A stretch of 63,864 nt of DNA, filler included, from Folioceros fuciformis (GCA_049999805.1; 6 parts of 6 records of this genome joined end to end with filler, not necessarily neighbours in it), one strand, 5' to 3'. Counted from the first letter of the whole stretch, positions 1 through 12,866 are shown. The notes: generated by a model not told the origin, from the letters alone. Numbers and translations are program-made.

Positions 1-11
1 TTTTTGACAGC

Positions 12-956
12 ATGAACACAAAGAATGTGGTGACATGGACCGCCCTGATATCTGCGTACGGTACTTGTGATGAAGGTCATAAAGCACTAGCTTGTTTTGA
101 GGAGATGTTGGTTACCGGTATTCAGCCTAATGATGCCACTTTTACCTGCCTTTTAGTAGCATGCAGTCATGGGGGACTGGTCCATGAAGGTCGCAAGCAC
201 TTCAATTCCATGCCTGAACAGCATGGTATCAAACCTACTCTTGAGCATTACAATTGCATGATTGATCTGCTTGGGCGTACAGGCCATTTAGATGAGGCAG
301 AGCAGATGCTAGAAGAGAAGATGCGACTGTCATCCGAGTCTCAAAGCAATATTGTGGGATTGAAGTCTTTGTTGAATGCCTGCAGAAGTCACGGAGATCT
401 AGATAGGGCTAGGTGGTGTTTTGAAAGCATTGTTAGGCTGGACCCCCAGGAGGGGCCTGCCTATGTTCTCATGGCCAATGCTTATGCAGATGCAGGTAGG
501 TGGACGGATGTAGACAGAATTGAAACACAGAGAAGGGTAGCAGGTGCTAATAAGAAACCTGCAGTGGCAACCATTGAGGTGAACAAGGAAGTACATAGGT
601 TTGTAGTGGGAGAAAGAAATGAGGATATTGCCCTTCAGGTTGAGAGAACGAATGCACGTCTGAAACAGGAAGGAGGCCACGTGCCTCACACAAAGTTGGT
701 GTTGAAGCCACTGTGTGAGAAGGAAAAGGAAGACATGCTTTGTGGGCATGCTGAGAAGTTAGCTCTGGCGTTTGGTCTCTTGAACACTCCGAGTGGGACG
801 CCACTTATGGTAACGAAGAATCTACGCATGTGCAGTGACTGCCACACTTCCACAGAGATAATGTCAAAGCTTGAACAGAGAGACATTGTTGTGAGGGATG
901 GTTATCGTGTGCATCGATTCGCAGCTGGTTGTTGCAGTTGTAATGGTCGACCGTGA
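12..956 (+). CDS. PLS-class PPR protein, C-terminal part: E1/E2 plus DYW:KP domain ending GRP (candidate U-to-C RNA editing factor); 5' end lies outside the window
   Basis: P2-L2-S2 motifs, E motifs, KKPAVATIEV in place of the PG box, zinc-binding HAEKLA...KNLRMCSDCH, and C-terminus CSCNGRP*. Confidence 0.93.
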   Translation: MNTKNVVTWTALISAYGTCDEGHKALACFEEMLVTGIQPNDATFTCLLVACSHGGLVHEGRKHFNSMPEQHGIKPTLEHYNCMIDLLGRTGHLDEAEQMLEEKMRLSSESQSNIVGLKSLLNACRSHGDLDRARWCFESIVRLDPQEGPAYVLMANAYADAGRWTDVDRIETQRRVAGANKKPAVATIEVNKEVHRFVVGERNEDIALQVERTNARLKQEGGHVPHTKLVLKPLCEKEKEDMLCGHAEKLALAFGLLNTPSGTPLMVTKNLRMCSDCHTSTEIMSKLEQRDIVVRDGYRVHRFAAGCCSCNGRP

Positions 957-1640
957 GTGTGATTGAAGAAGGAGCTCCCCAGGGACTCAGATGTTTGAGT
1001 CAGGGAATATCGTCTTTTCTGTCTGTAGGGGTGGTCAGCTCCATCCCCTCCAAACAGCAACTTGTACATCGACCGCTAACATTGATCCACCTCGTATCGT
1101 GAAAAGCACATGAAACTCTTGAGTACATGAAGTTTACACAGGGATTCTACGAAACGAGCCCGCAAACCTCATTTTAGGGACACAACTTGTGGCAAACTTG
1201 GTTCAGTTGTGTCACAATTTCAGCCCTTTCACTCTCAAGCATGTGTGGGTGGGAACGGGTTCTTAGACTTTCAACAAAGACCCGTTTCAATCTCTACCGG
1301 AACTAGGATTGGCGTACCCTGACAGGATACCTTTCCTTTTCTTGATAGTGTGATACCTTTTTAGTGTGAAAAGGATTAGATTGTGATAGCATTGAGTTGT
1401 AGTGGAGATTACTGAGAGTAGATGACTTTAATCCACAAGAGATCTTATGTCATAAATGACATCCCCCTAATGGGAAGGCAGCCAATCTATTATGCTACGT
1501 TCTAATCCATCTCTTGAGGTCTATATATATATGCTCCTAACCAAAAAGTGTGTTGCATGGGCCACCTACATACCATGCACACCAAGGCAACAAGCCTAAA
1601 ACATGCTCCCTTATAACACAAAGCAGCCATAGAAGTGGAG

Positions 1641-2591
1641 CTAAACCACCTTCACAGCCATTGACTCAGTGATTGGGGTTCTACAAATAGGACACAGAGG
1701 ATCCCAACTCTGGCTAAGATGCAACATGCATGAGTTGCAAAACATAAAATGCAAGCAAGGAAGGAGGACAGTGTCCCTAGGCTCCACAAAGCAGATGAAG
1801 CATGTATTTTTTGCTTGGGCTACCTCTAGGTTTTGATGCAACGTGTTAATTCTTAGGCCCTCAAGTTCTTTCACCTCATCTTCTAAAGTCTCCATGTCGC
1901 TTGCAAGTTTCAATCTTTCATTGTCTAGCTGTTCAAATTTGCTTTGGTACTTGTCCCTAGTTTGCACACTTTCTATAATTGTTTGCAAGTTGGCATTCTC
2001 CTCCTCCAACCTTTGCAATCTTTGGCTAAGCATGTCTTTTCGTACATTCTCCTCCTTACACTCAATCTCCACCAAAGCCCTATTGTAATCACGCTTTCTC
2101 CGTAGCTGGTCGCTAATGGCTCTGATCTTTTCTATCCCTCGCCTCTTTCTGGATATAGCGCTCCCTCTTTGTCTCTTCTTCTGTTTGGTAACACGTTTTT
2201 TTAGGATTTCTTCCGCTCTAAGTACAATTTCGTTTGTCCTTACAAGCTCGTTACTCAGCTGGTCTTCAGAGAGGGAGCTTAGCTGTGTAGCTAGTTCTCT
2301 TCGCCTGCGTTCACGCTCTATACGCGTTTTGCAAATGATTTGAAGCAAGTCCCTAGCCCTCCTCAATGTACAAAAATCTACATTGAGGACCTCCTCTAGC
2401 TTCGACGAATCAAGCTTATCTTCAAATGTCATATCATCAATCTCCAAAATCTTTTGGTATAACCCTCTAGAGCCCAAGAGGACAACATTTTCCTGCTCCT
2501 CAAGCCTCTCTTCTAGCTGATTGTCGGTTAGTAGCTCCAAGTCCGCAACTTGTTGCATGGCCTCCCAATCTTCCCGCTTCCTCTTCGCCAT
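1641..2591 (-). CDS. Intronless coiled-coil protein with C-terminal C3HC4 RING finger (putative E3 ubiquitin ligase)
   Basis: 316-aa ORF; long E/K/R/L-rich heptad region followed by CFIC...PCLHFMFCNSC...CPICR. Confidence 0.8.
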   Translation of the reverse strand: MAKRKREDWEAMQQVADLELLTDNQLEERLEEQENVVLLGSRGLYQKILEIDDMTFEDKLDSSKLEEVLNVDFCTLRRARDLLQIICKTRIERERRRRELATQLSSLSEDQLSNELVRTNEIVLRAEEILKKRVTKQKKRQRGSAISRKRRGIEKIRAISDQLRRKRDYNRALVEIECKEENVRKDMLSQRLQRLEEENANLQTIIESVQTRDKYQSKFEQLDNERLKLASDMETLEDEVKELEGLRINTLHQNLEVAQAKNTCFICFVEPRDTVLLPCLHFMFCNSCMLHLSQSWDPLCPICRTPITESMAVKVV

Positions 2592-2780
2592 TAGTCGGTA
2601 ACTCTAATTGAGTATGTGAGACTGGAAGAGGATGTTACTTAAGCTGTATATAAAATAGATGCAAGAGAGGTTAAGATATATGAGAGTAAATAAAATGAGT
2701 TGTAGATTGTACATATATAGTATACAATTTAACATATTTATATATTCAGCTTAAAAATTATCAATTAAGTGAGTTAACCT

Positions 2781-3951
2781 TGTGTCTCAATCTCCGAAGC
2801 GATGAATGCTTCACTGGTGTAAAATCCTACGTGGCATGTCACGCCCCCCCATCCAAAGACCCCCATACACCTAAGGCTAGTCAGCTCACATACGGTTTTG
2901 CCGCGACGCATTGCGCCATGCGCGTAGGCGCCCCTGAAAATAGGGCCGAGCGGGCTGAACGAACCATACTCGATCCCGCACGCGTCCGGTCGTCCCTCCA
3001 CAAATTCCTCTTGAGCACTCGCGCATCCACTCGCCCTTCAATGGTCTGTGCACCTTCGCTCCCCGGCTCGTCTCTCCTGCCGTGCCTACGTCTCAATCCA
3101 GGCAGGTGGGAGCTAAGGTAGGAGTCAGAGGAGGGCAGAAGGAGAGGATAGCGGGGTGTGTTCGGATCAGGCGTGAANNNNNNNNNNNNNNNNNNNNNNN
3201 NNNNNNNNNNNNNNNNNNNNNNNNNNNNNNNNNNNNNNNNNNNNNNNNNNNNNNNNNNNNNNNNNNNNNNNNNNNNNGACTGGAGAGGACCTATGTTGGA
3301 TGAATAGACTGCAGAGGAGGATTTTAAGATCGGATGTGCTGGGAGTTTAGATTGTCGATGAAGAATTGCCCAAGCAGTGCATGGAATGCAGCACGCTTGC
3401 TTTCGCAGGCAGAACTGGGCTGAAGCACGGTTGGCAAGGAGTAGTGGGTTTACGTCTCAATTGAGAAAACTCGATCGTTTGAACGAGGCTGGCAGGACTA
3501 ACTACGAGCCCGCGCACCATTGCCTGACCTGAGACGATATATGTACATGATAGGAGATGTGGGTTACGCTTGGCCTCTGTAGAGGAGTTTGAAACCTGAT
3601 CTGAACGTGTAGAATTCTAGCTTCAATGGAAGTGAGAACGCAAACAAATGTATATGAGCAATCCTCTCCCATCAAAAGCACGGCAGCGGAGTGAGGAAAT
3701 CGAAATCTCAGCGTTCTCCCGTGCTTCTTGCGCGGGTAGACATAAAACGAGGGCGGGAGCAGAAGAAGAGAGATAGGGGGAAGAGGGAGGCCTACCGCGC
3801 TTAGGGTTATGGCACAATGCGTCGCGGCAAAACCGTATGTGTGTTGGCTAGCCTTATTATGCGTATGAAGTTCTTTGGATGAATGGGGCATGACATGCCA
3901 CGTCCGATTTCACACGAGTGAAGCATTCATCGCTTCGGAGATTGAGACGCA
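2781..3951. mobile_element. Non-autonomous element bounded by ~140-bp imperfect inverted repeats (MITE/MULE-like), with an internal N gap
   Basis: 2781-2919 is the near reverse complement of 3809-3951 (shared gtctcaatctccgaagcgatgaatgcttcact and catacggttttgccgcgacgcattg); no target-site duplication seen. Confidence 0.6.
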
Positions 3952-4083
3952 GCCGTGCGGTAAGACAGTGGGAGTGTTCGTCCTGAAGCTCGCGCTCAGA
4001 CGCGCATGTTGGAGTTCGAGTGATGTCTTGACAATTGTAATTCCACTTGCTTCTGCGGCGATCAGAGTCTGCATTTCGAGAAA

Positions 4084-4833
4084 ATGGTTATGGCGATGGT
4101 CATAGCGGGCGCCACGGCTCTGGCTGCGGGTCCCTTGGCGCCATGCGTGCAACGGACAACGACGGCAAACAGGCTGACGTTGGTGAGCCAGAGGCTAAGC
4201 CTGGGGAAGAGGGTAAGCAGGGAGTGGAGGCAGTGCCTAGCGGGGGAGCAGGGGGAGCGCCCGCTAGAGGAAGAGGCGGGGCTGGTGCTGCCGCCGTCGT
4301 GGCTGCTGGCGGTACTCGGGCGAGGGGAGGGCGAGGAGGACGATGGGGAGGAGCGGCAGGGGGCGGCAGGGATGGAGCCTTGGGAGGGAAAGGCCGGGAG
4401 GGAAGAGGCCTCATGGTGCTTCGAGCCGGACCTTCCGCGGGGGCTGCTGGGAAGGCAATTCGGAGGCGTGGCTATGGCGTCCGGGGTGCTAGGGTTAGGG
4501 CTGGCGATGCTGGTTGTGCCTTCCGCGCACGCTGTGGAGATGGTGGTGAGGGAGCGGGTAGGGATGGAATCCGACATGCAGGCGCTGGCATTCGGGCCGG
4601 ATGGGCCACTGGTGGAGGAGTTCTGGGACAACATGCGCAGGTACGGCTTTTACTTCCTCACGGTTGCCTCGGGAGGCCTCTACAGCCTGTTGAAGCCGCT
4701 TGTGGATCTGCTGAAGAGTCCGGTCACGGCCGTGCTGGTGGTGGCAGTTTTGGGTGGCTCGCTGTACCTTGTCTATCTCACGCTGAGCAGCATGCTTGGC
4801 ATCACTGAATTTGACTACGCATATTCCTCGTGA
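4084..4833 (+). CDS. ycf33: Nuclear-encoded Ycf33-domain chloroplast membrane protein
   Basis: Transit-peptide-like N-terminus; C-terminal GPLVEEFWDNMRRYGFYFLTVASGG...LKSPVTA motif with two hydrophobic helices. Confidence 0.8.
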   Translation: MVMAMVIAGATALAAGPLAPCVQRTTTANRLTLVSQRLSLGKRVSREWRQCLAGEQGERPLEEEAGLVLPPSWLLAVLGRGEGEEDDGEERQGAAGMEPWEGKAGREEASWCFEPDLPRGLLGRQFGGVAMASGVLGLGLAMLVVPSAHAVEMVVRERVGMESDMQALAFGPDGPLVEEFWDNMRRYGFYFLTVASGGLYSLLKPLVDLLKSPVTAVLVVAVLGGSLYLVYLTLSSMLGITEFDYAYSS

Positions 4834-4988
4834 ACCAGTTATGTTCTCGCCAACGCAACGGCTGGGAATGGGCAATGGGAAGGGCTTTCCCGCAACAGTG
4901 CTGTAAAGGTGAATGAATTTGCTCTCTGCGAGATCAGAGCCGTCCTAGTTCTAAGAGGCACCGAACTCCGGTGGCAGGATTAAACTCT

Positions 4989-7900
4989 TCAATTCAGCTT
5001 GGGCTTCCTCCGCCTGGGCCGCAGAAGCAGCCACACAATCAGGACTACACCGGCGATCGCGAATCCAGCGAAGGTGTTGCTGCTTTTATCCAATTTCCGT
5101 TGCCGAGTACAATGGATGGGATGCAGAGCTGCGATTATGCCGTCTGCCTCGGCCGCGACCCTGTGCAGGCGACCACATTTAGATTGTACGGAACCCTGCA
5201 GATTGAACAGTGTTTGCAAGCGTCATATCTCCAACCCACCCGATTGTGTAGCTTTCCAGGCTGTTTAGCAGCCACATGGCATTTTCGAACTTGAGATCCT
5301 CACCTACTGCAACAATCTGCGTCCACAAACGTACATCAGTCGCATGGCTTGTTGGATATTCAGGAACAAGTCACTATCAGATAAGCCACTACCTTCTTCC
5401 AGAGGTTAACCAATGCATTGTAATTCTGAAGAAGTGTATACTCCCTGTTTTTTACTGTAAGAAACGTGTGTGGATCTGCACGTCCACAACAGACCGTTAG
5501 TGGAATTTGAAGGCAAAGTCAGTGCTGTCGGTAACAGATCAAAGAAGCCCCACACATCACAAGAAGGGAAAGGTACGGCACATGTATATTCCTTCGCTAG
5601 TCTCGAGATGGCCTCATTCACCATCTGAATCGACTCATCAAGAGCTGTAACGATATAGCTGCGTGCAATAGCATCGTTGTGCAGGAGAGACACATGGGAG
5701 CCCTTTGTTGTACTTGAAAACGGATGACATCCTGTGGACCAAGTCCAATCCTGAGGCGCCACAGAAATCAGTGTACGATTGCTCATCCATGAACCATCAA
5801 TAAGAGCCAACAGTTGTTTGAGGTCGAGGATACTAACCTGTAAGGCGTTTTCGTGGGCATGACTGTAGGTCACATGCGCAGGCAACAATCCAGCCAAATG
5901 CTCAGCTGTTGCTGCGATTGCTGCACTCAGTGGTTGGCTTCACATGACACAGAACAAGTATTAGTCATAGCTTTGCAAATTGAAAACTTTGACGCGACCA
6001 AACTAAATCTCGTACTGTACCTCAAATCCCACAGAATGGACTCGTTGTTGCACTGTAGGTGGCTTTCCCAAACAGCATGGCTCGACTGCACCACAATGAC
6101 CATATCTGGCAAGGCTTTTGCCACGTAGTGCTTATCAATGAACAAAGGTTCTCCTGACTGCACTAACCAGAATATCGGAACCTCCAACACAGAGCGTCCG
6201 CGGAGATGTTTCTCTGCGAACAACCATCTACTGTAAATCTCCCATCTTGAACCGAGCAACATCTAGCATCTCAGCCAGGCAAATTTTAAACGTGCACCAG
6301 GCTCCAACCGACCGCAACGGTGCAGGTTAACCATTAAGAGGGACAACTACGAAGGCAGCAAAAAGTACCCGGAGTTGTGATTTGTTGTTGCAACTGGTGC
6401 CAAAGAATCAGTGAATCCAGATAGATTCGTTGAGAGGGCCTCTCCGATCCATTGAGTGCCAGAACAGGAACGACTGCTGCTTGCTTTGCAACAGCGAACG
6501 CCATTGCAAGAGCAGCATCATCGGCAAGACTCAACCTAAAAGTCATTCCTCAACAGTATTTCAGACTTCAAGAAGGTATGGACAGAGGCATAGAGCTTAG
6601 GGATCCCCAGTCACCATGCGAGTACACACAGCTCCCAACACCACAACTAGCCAAAACCCAAGAAGCGGCTGACATGGCCCAACCTTCATTCACGACCCTT
6701 ACTTTTGAGTGGAATAGTCAACCTTCTGACTTGGAATGATGAGAGACGAAAGAGCTTTTTTAATTGCTGCGTCATCTACTGCAGACTTCCTTCCTTTGTC
6801 TTTCTACACATACAGATACTCATCAGCGGCAGTTAGAAAAAGGGAAAATCATAGCGTAGACACTCACATATCACCTTTTCCGTTATGATGTAGATGCGGA
6901 AATATATTTTCTCATAATAGTGAAAAGACCCCTCTGCTGTTGATGTTGTCAGGACATGCTTCATTGTATTAGACAACGTGGAACCAAGATGTGAAAGAAA
7001 TCTGTCTCTTGCGACAGCGAATTCTTCTTCGACCTGCAGGAAGTGGCGTCACCAGTCAATCACGCAGACAACTTATCAAGGTAAGAGCTCAATAAGACAC
7101 AGCATCTCCAACAGCACACTTCAGACTAGCATACCACATGGATGTCGCTGAACATGCTCCATCCATCTATTCGTTTCAAAACCTCAGAAGCCTTCGTCCT
7201 TTCCTCTTGACTGGACTCCTCCACTTGAAATGTCTCTAGCTCTTCTCGAATCAGGGCTAGCTTCTCAACCAGGTCTGTTACATGGATTAACTTTTTCAGG
7301 TCACCCTATCCTTACAGGATACTTGGCAGTCAACACCAGAAGAAGCAACGAGAGCAACACGAGGAACAACACTTGGTGCAGTCCAAACTATCCCAGCTTT
7401 CCATACAGCAAACTGACCTCCACAAAGAGCGAGCCTGATCTTACGACCGGTACAATGGTTTGCAGCAAACATTTCATACACATCGAGTTCCGCCATCAGC
7501 ATATCAATGACAGACGCATAATCCTGCAAGAAACCACCATGAAAAATTTAAAGAATGCAAATTTGCAAAACAAACAACGCAGAGTAACGCGTTTGGCGAA
7601 TTGAATTGGCACATTTACCGCTCCAAATGCTGCGAACTTATCTTGCACCATCGTTTGAACCTCCGCCTGCAGATCATTTTCGGATGGCACTGCAACGGCC
7701 AATGGAATTTCGAGTCTCAGACACGATTTCGGCAGTGACCCTGCAGGGATTATCCATAACAGGCGTGCGAACCGGATAAACATGTCCAATACCATCTCCT
7801 TTCCACGTCACGTTTTCAAAGCTTCGTTCAACAGACGGAAGACTGGTAAGCAATCTAACACCTTCTCCACCAACTGTTGGACCCCACGTGAATGGTCCAG

Positions 7901-10610
7901 CAGTCAGATCTATGAGCGCCCATCTGCGCAAAAGCTCATGTTTGTCAGCAATTGTACCCCTTCACTTCCTCACTGCTAGACTGGACCAGCACAGGCAAAC
8001 GTTCATAAAGAGAATCATGGTGGAAACGACTTCCTGATAGCCACTGGAAAAGAATTGCTCAACCTTTTCTTGCTGACCCAAGTGTCTGTAAGACAGTCAG
8101 AATGTAGAGCACCCCCATCTTGACGTAGATGTCTCTCTAGTGCAGCACTCAGGCTAAGATCTGCCCCAAGCAGAATCTGCGCCAGTAGAGTTAAACAAGC
8201 AGGGTTCAATATTCAGCACAACAACCCAATTCCCCAACATGCTGAAATTTCACTACACCTGTTGGGCCTGGAAGATAGTGATATCTGTTTCCTCCTTAGT
8301 CTTCATGACCTGGGCGTGCGAATCAAGGGCAACCTGGTAGGCATCCACCCATTGCGCCTAAAAGCACAAGTAGGTTGTTTGTAAATCCTCATGCATCTAC
8401 AATGCGCGTTGACCACCAAACTCTCTACTTTTTGCTTCTGAGACAAACCTACTGATTCAAAATATCAACGCCGAAACAAGGTGTTTAAAATGGATCACCG
8501 TGTTGAAAGGTTCAGCTGCGGTCCAATGGAACTGACGCATTGGATGTCTGGAATACAGGGGACGTTTGATGCTCTTGTCCACAGCTGCGATTGACGTGAC
8601 AGGTTCAAACGTCATGCGACCAAATAGTTGCCGACATGCAGTTAACATGAAGTTAACATGCAGTGCCCTCCAGACTTTTGTTTAAGGAGTATCTATCACC
8701 TTCAAATATATTGTATTGCTCGCTCCTTCTTGTGGAAAGTACCTGGGCTCTTGACTTTTCGTCCTTAACCAAAAGCAACAAACACAACCACATTAGTCAA
8801 GGAACACGTGAACCCTAGAACTGATTGCCAATAGAAAGATAAGATCTACCTCGGTCAAAAAGTTGGCTTCCGCTTTGGACAAACCACGCCTGAATCAGAA
8901 GATCTGTTGTGAGATCAAACAGGATAAATACTGCAAATCAAACTATCATGGTAGCCAACGACAGCCAAGTTATTGGCATCCACAACATTTTAGAGTTGCC
9001 AAGCCAACCGAAGACCCCAACTCACCGATAACCATACATTCCCCGACTAGTATCTCGTCTGGGATTGAGGACAAATACATTGTAAGATTTGTCTATTCCA
9101 AGATAGTCTACAAGGCTGTCAAAAATGTGCTCCATGCTCTCTATGTCCACTTGCCAAACTGCTTCTGTGTCCGGTCTGTCAGCAAATGTATCCAGTTTAA
9201 ACATCACTGACGACACAGAATTGCAAACACGATTGGGTTGAAACAACCACCTTCATGCCTTACTTTGTGTCTGTGATGTTTTCCTTCCGTGCAAAAAGAG
9301 TAATGGCTTGTTCGACAACTTTCGCAACACCAGGCCCAAGGTCAATTGCGTGTACTGAATAGCTGCAAACAGCATACTTCAGGAACTATTATAGTTTGCT
9401 ATGCAGATGCCACAGTCACTCGAAAAAATGCCATAATTCCATGAGCTGCGAAAAAAATTGTTGTGCTTACTTGTAGTGCACACTACTAACAAGTGGAAGG
9501 GTATGACGCTGCTTTCCATCTGCCCGTACTCGATAAAATGGCGTGAGAGACTCTCCAAGCTGAGGTATGCGTGTGTGCTCTACTATATGGTCAATATTTG
9601 TGAACCATCGCTCCAGCTCATTCCTCCCCAGCTCGATTTCTGAAAGAAACTCATTGTAAGCTATGACATAAAATCAATAACGATGAAATGAAAACACTGA
9701 AAGAGTCCTTACGGTGGTTCCCTTCTTTGTCAAAGCCGATGAAGATGAAATTCACTGGGATCGGAAAATGGATTGCATCAACTACAGAAAAACCCAAGTA
9801 TGCCGCCACATTGCCTGCAACATGAACAGGATCAACAGATGTGCAGACGGAAGCTTTGCAGGCAGGACAAAACCCCTTGTACTGAAATCATGGAAAGCAT
9901 TAACAGACCAGATAGAAAAGTTTCCAGTACCTGCCTGGCTGTAATTCGCCAATCCTTGTTTGCCATACGGGGTGTGCTCCGGGAGATTCCAATCCTCATT
10001 CACTGAAAGATCGAGGAAGCAATCGAACAGGTGACGAGAACGAAATGACAATCGTCAGATGACTGTGCCGCGTTGGGAAAAGGGGAGTCCTGCAAATGAT
10101 GCACTTACCACGAGCCATCACGTCGTCACTCCAGAATTGGCTTTTAAACTTCATGTTGAAGAGAGACAGCACTGAAGGGACCAGCTTCCGACTTTTAAGC
10201 CCCGACAACCCTGAAGACTGCCAATTGCCAGCAGACCAGCAGAAGTGATTACACATAGCAGATGAAGAAGAGCTACAGAGTCTATTCTTTTTCCTTCCCA
10301 GCCACACAAAGCCCTACGTCTCTGGGTTTAGGGGTTTCGTATTAACAGCAAAGCCCGACAGTTAGCAATCCCGTCCACGTACCACATCCCGAAAATTGAG
10401 CCCCAGAGACCAGGCAACTCAACAGCCATCAGCTGCCTACAGATTCACACATTTGCTTGAACAGAGCTGCTTGATTCCAACGGAATCGGAAAGTCGTCAA
10501 ACATGAATTACCTTTACAGCGGATCCGGAGGACATCATCTCACACAGGAGCAAGGCCCAAAATGCAACATGAATAAGGCCGACGCCCGTGCCGGTAATTC
10601 GCCCAGCCAT
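4989..10610 (-). CDS. KNS3: Multi-exon membrane protein of the At5g58100 (KNS3/SPOT1) family; exon boundaries only partly resolved
   Basis: Collinear exon fragments: signal peptide MAGRITG..., SVLSLFNMKFKSQFWS, RWALIDLTAGPFTWGPTVGGEGVR, ELDVYEMFAANHCTGRKIRLALC, LEVPIFW...KHYVAKALPDMVIVVQS, WSTGCHPFS, and C-terminal TM plus RPRRRKPKLN*. Confidence 0.8.
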
Positions 10611-11853
10611 CGCGCCGCTGCGGAAACCGCTTGAGACAACCATGGGCGGAACGCTGCCAGACGACCAGAGTCGCAACAAGCGAAACAACATCACAAAAAA
10701 ATATATTTACTTATCGCATTTTTGCGTATTTCATAGATTAATTACACACCTCGGTTGTGAGCGAATCAGCCCTTAGGGACCATACAAGGAGATCCCAGCC
10801 AACCCAGCCTTCAGATGAGCAGTAGAAGGATGTGCAGTGGGAAGGCTCATATTTTTATTTCCAGTCCATGAACACCAGAAACAGGTTATGGTCAAGCACA
10901 AGCACTTATCGTGGGTTCTTAAATCCTATTCGAGAAGTACCATGGCATCCAAGTAGAGTTGGCTTGATGAATCATGTCCAAGCTATTCCTCCTATGTGAC
11001 TAATTCAACCACTGTTTCCTAGATTTTTGATCTTGCTTGGGTGTTCCCTTCACATTGCTCACATGCTATGCAATTTGAATTGCCTATGATATCATATCTT
11101 CTTTGATTGATTATATGTGAACACAAGTTTTTGTGATGGAGTAACAAGTGATGTCCTACCATCCTCCTACAATGGAGTAATAAATGATGTAGTACTATCC
11201 TCCTCAATCTACATCAAAATGCCAAGAAGAAGAGGAGAATCACCATTATGGAGACAGATTGTCAAGCCCATCTCAAGATGGACTCTTCCATATCTGATTG
11301 TAGAGAAGGAGAGTGAATGAATAGTTCTCAAGCAAAGCACACTCAACCATTGCTGGACAATCTTTGCCTACTTGCAAGGGATAGTTGGTGTAGCAAAGAG
11401 GTTCCTCCTCTCTAAAGCCTCCTATTTTTCCTTCACGTGAGATCATTCACAACAAAGTACAAAGAGGTCCTTTATCTCCCTCTGCAAAACGTCTAAAGGT
11501 CTGAGCTGATTTAATCAAACAGCAGGTTTCAAAACAGCCTCGTCCCTCGTGATCTCATATTCTTTGAGTTTATTTGCATCTCGTCTATGAGCTATCGGTA
11601 CTCTGTGACTAAGCTTCCATCCGGGTCGAGGTGAGGAGGGGGACGGGATCTGGAGGTGAGGACGGAGTCCATTTGCCCGAGTAGCGGAAGAACGGGGCCG
11701 CTAGGTCACCCCAGGATGACAGTCGCAAAAGTATGTAGAGACACGTGTTTGGATAGCGTTTCCCGCATCGTGAATAAAGCCCGAACGGCAGACATTTTAG
11801 CTTTTTTCCGCTTCCTCTTCGTTTGGAAGGTGCAGAGCGGCGAGGCAGCAACG

Positions 11854-12441
11854 ATGGCTTGTGTGACGGCTCCCGCATGCCATGTCTCCGTCTCGCTCAG
11901 CAGCAGCAGCGTTAGGAGCAGGAATGGAATGGGGAGGCCTTGTGTCTCAGCTGTGGCTCCACTCCGTTCCTCGTTCCGGGGGATTGCGTTGTCGGGATCC
12001 ATCACCAGGAGGAGCAGTGGCGACCGAGCCGGCACAGCAGTTCACCGCAGCATGGCTCCCATCGTAGCAGCGGCCGGATACAAGATGAAGTCTCACAAGG
12101 CGTCTGCGAAGAGGTTCAGAGTCACAGGGAGCGGCAAGATCGTGCGGAGGCAGGCTGGCAAGCAGCACTTGCTGCGGAAGAAGACAACCAAGAGGAGGAA
12201 TAGGTTGACGGGACTGGTACGCTGTTTGTTAAGTCCGTTCGTCTTGGATTTTCAGGTTTGCTTCTGTTTAATGCTTTGTAGATTGGATAGGTTGCCTTGT
12301 GGCGTGGCGGATATAGCTGCATGTCATCGGATAGCCGCGGTAGCACTGATTTTTGGTCTGGTTTGCTTGCAGACGGAAGTCTTTAGAGGTGACTACGATA
12401 ACGTTATCGGAGCCTTGCCTTACCTGAAGGTCCTTAGATAA
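11854..12441 (+). CDS. RPL35: Plastid ribosomal protein bL35 with transit peptide; one intron at 12217-12372
   Basis: [36 protein letters not shown]...; removing the GT..AG intron gives ...[22 protein letters not shown]. Confidence 0.93.
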   Translation: MACVTAPACHVSVSLSSSSVRSRNGMGRPCVSAVAPLRSSFRGIALSGSITRRSSGDRAGTAVHRSMAPIVAAAGYKMKSHKASAKRFRVTGSGKIVRRQAGKQHLLRKKTTKRRNRLTGLVRCLLSPFVLDFQVCFCLMLCRLDRLPCGVADIAACHRIAAVALIFGLVCLQTEVFRGDYDNVIGALPYLKVLR

Positions 12442-12866
12442 TAGGTGCCAATTACTGTTTGCTATGCGCTGGCAAGACCGATCGCTGGCCTGGCTATCTA
12501 CTTCATGAAACTTTTTCGTTATGAGATATAGCTCGCGCTGAAGTCGAGTGGTGGAAGGCAATTTGTACTGTGTGTGTTATGACTGGCAGCTGTCACAACG
12601 CGCCGAAAGGCCATTTGCCGAGCTTTGCAGATGCACATCAGCCCCCCCCTGCAGTGGCAGGGGCACATGGGTATCGTGTTTGGATGGGTTGGCATTGTCT
12701 TTTACAGGTTCTGCATCTGGCGTGCACGTTACGACACCGTACAAGTGCCACACTCGGCCACAGTACAGCTTGGCTATTAAAGGTAGAAAAGGTAGTAAAC
12801 AGTTTAGGTGAAGAAAAGCTTTGTCCTGATTAATTAAGATAACAATGGTGGCATTCCATTGCGGTC

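Noticed and set aside
4047-4875. Overlapping long alternative-frame ORFs over ycf33
   Set aside because: Explained by high GC and codon bias of the real gene.
11656-11853. N-terminal extension of RPL35 in the ORF track
   Set aside because: Starts at a non-ATG codon; the ATG at 11854 gives a typical transit peptide.
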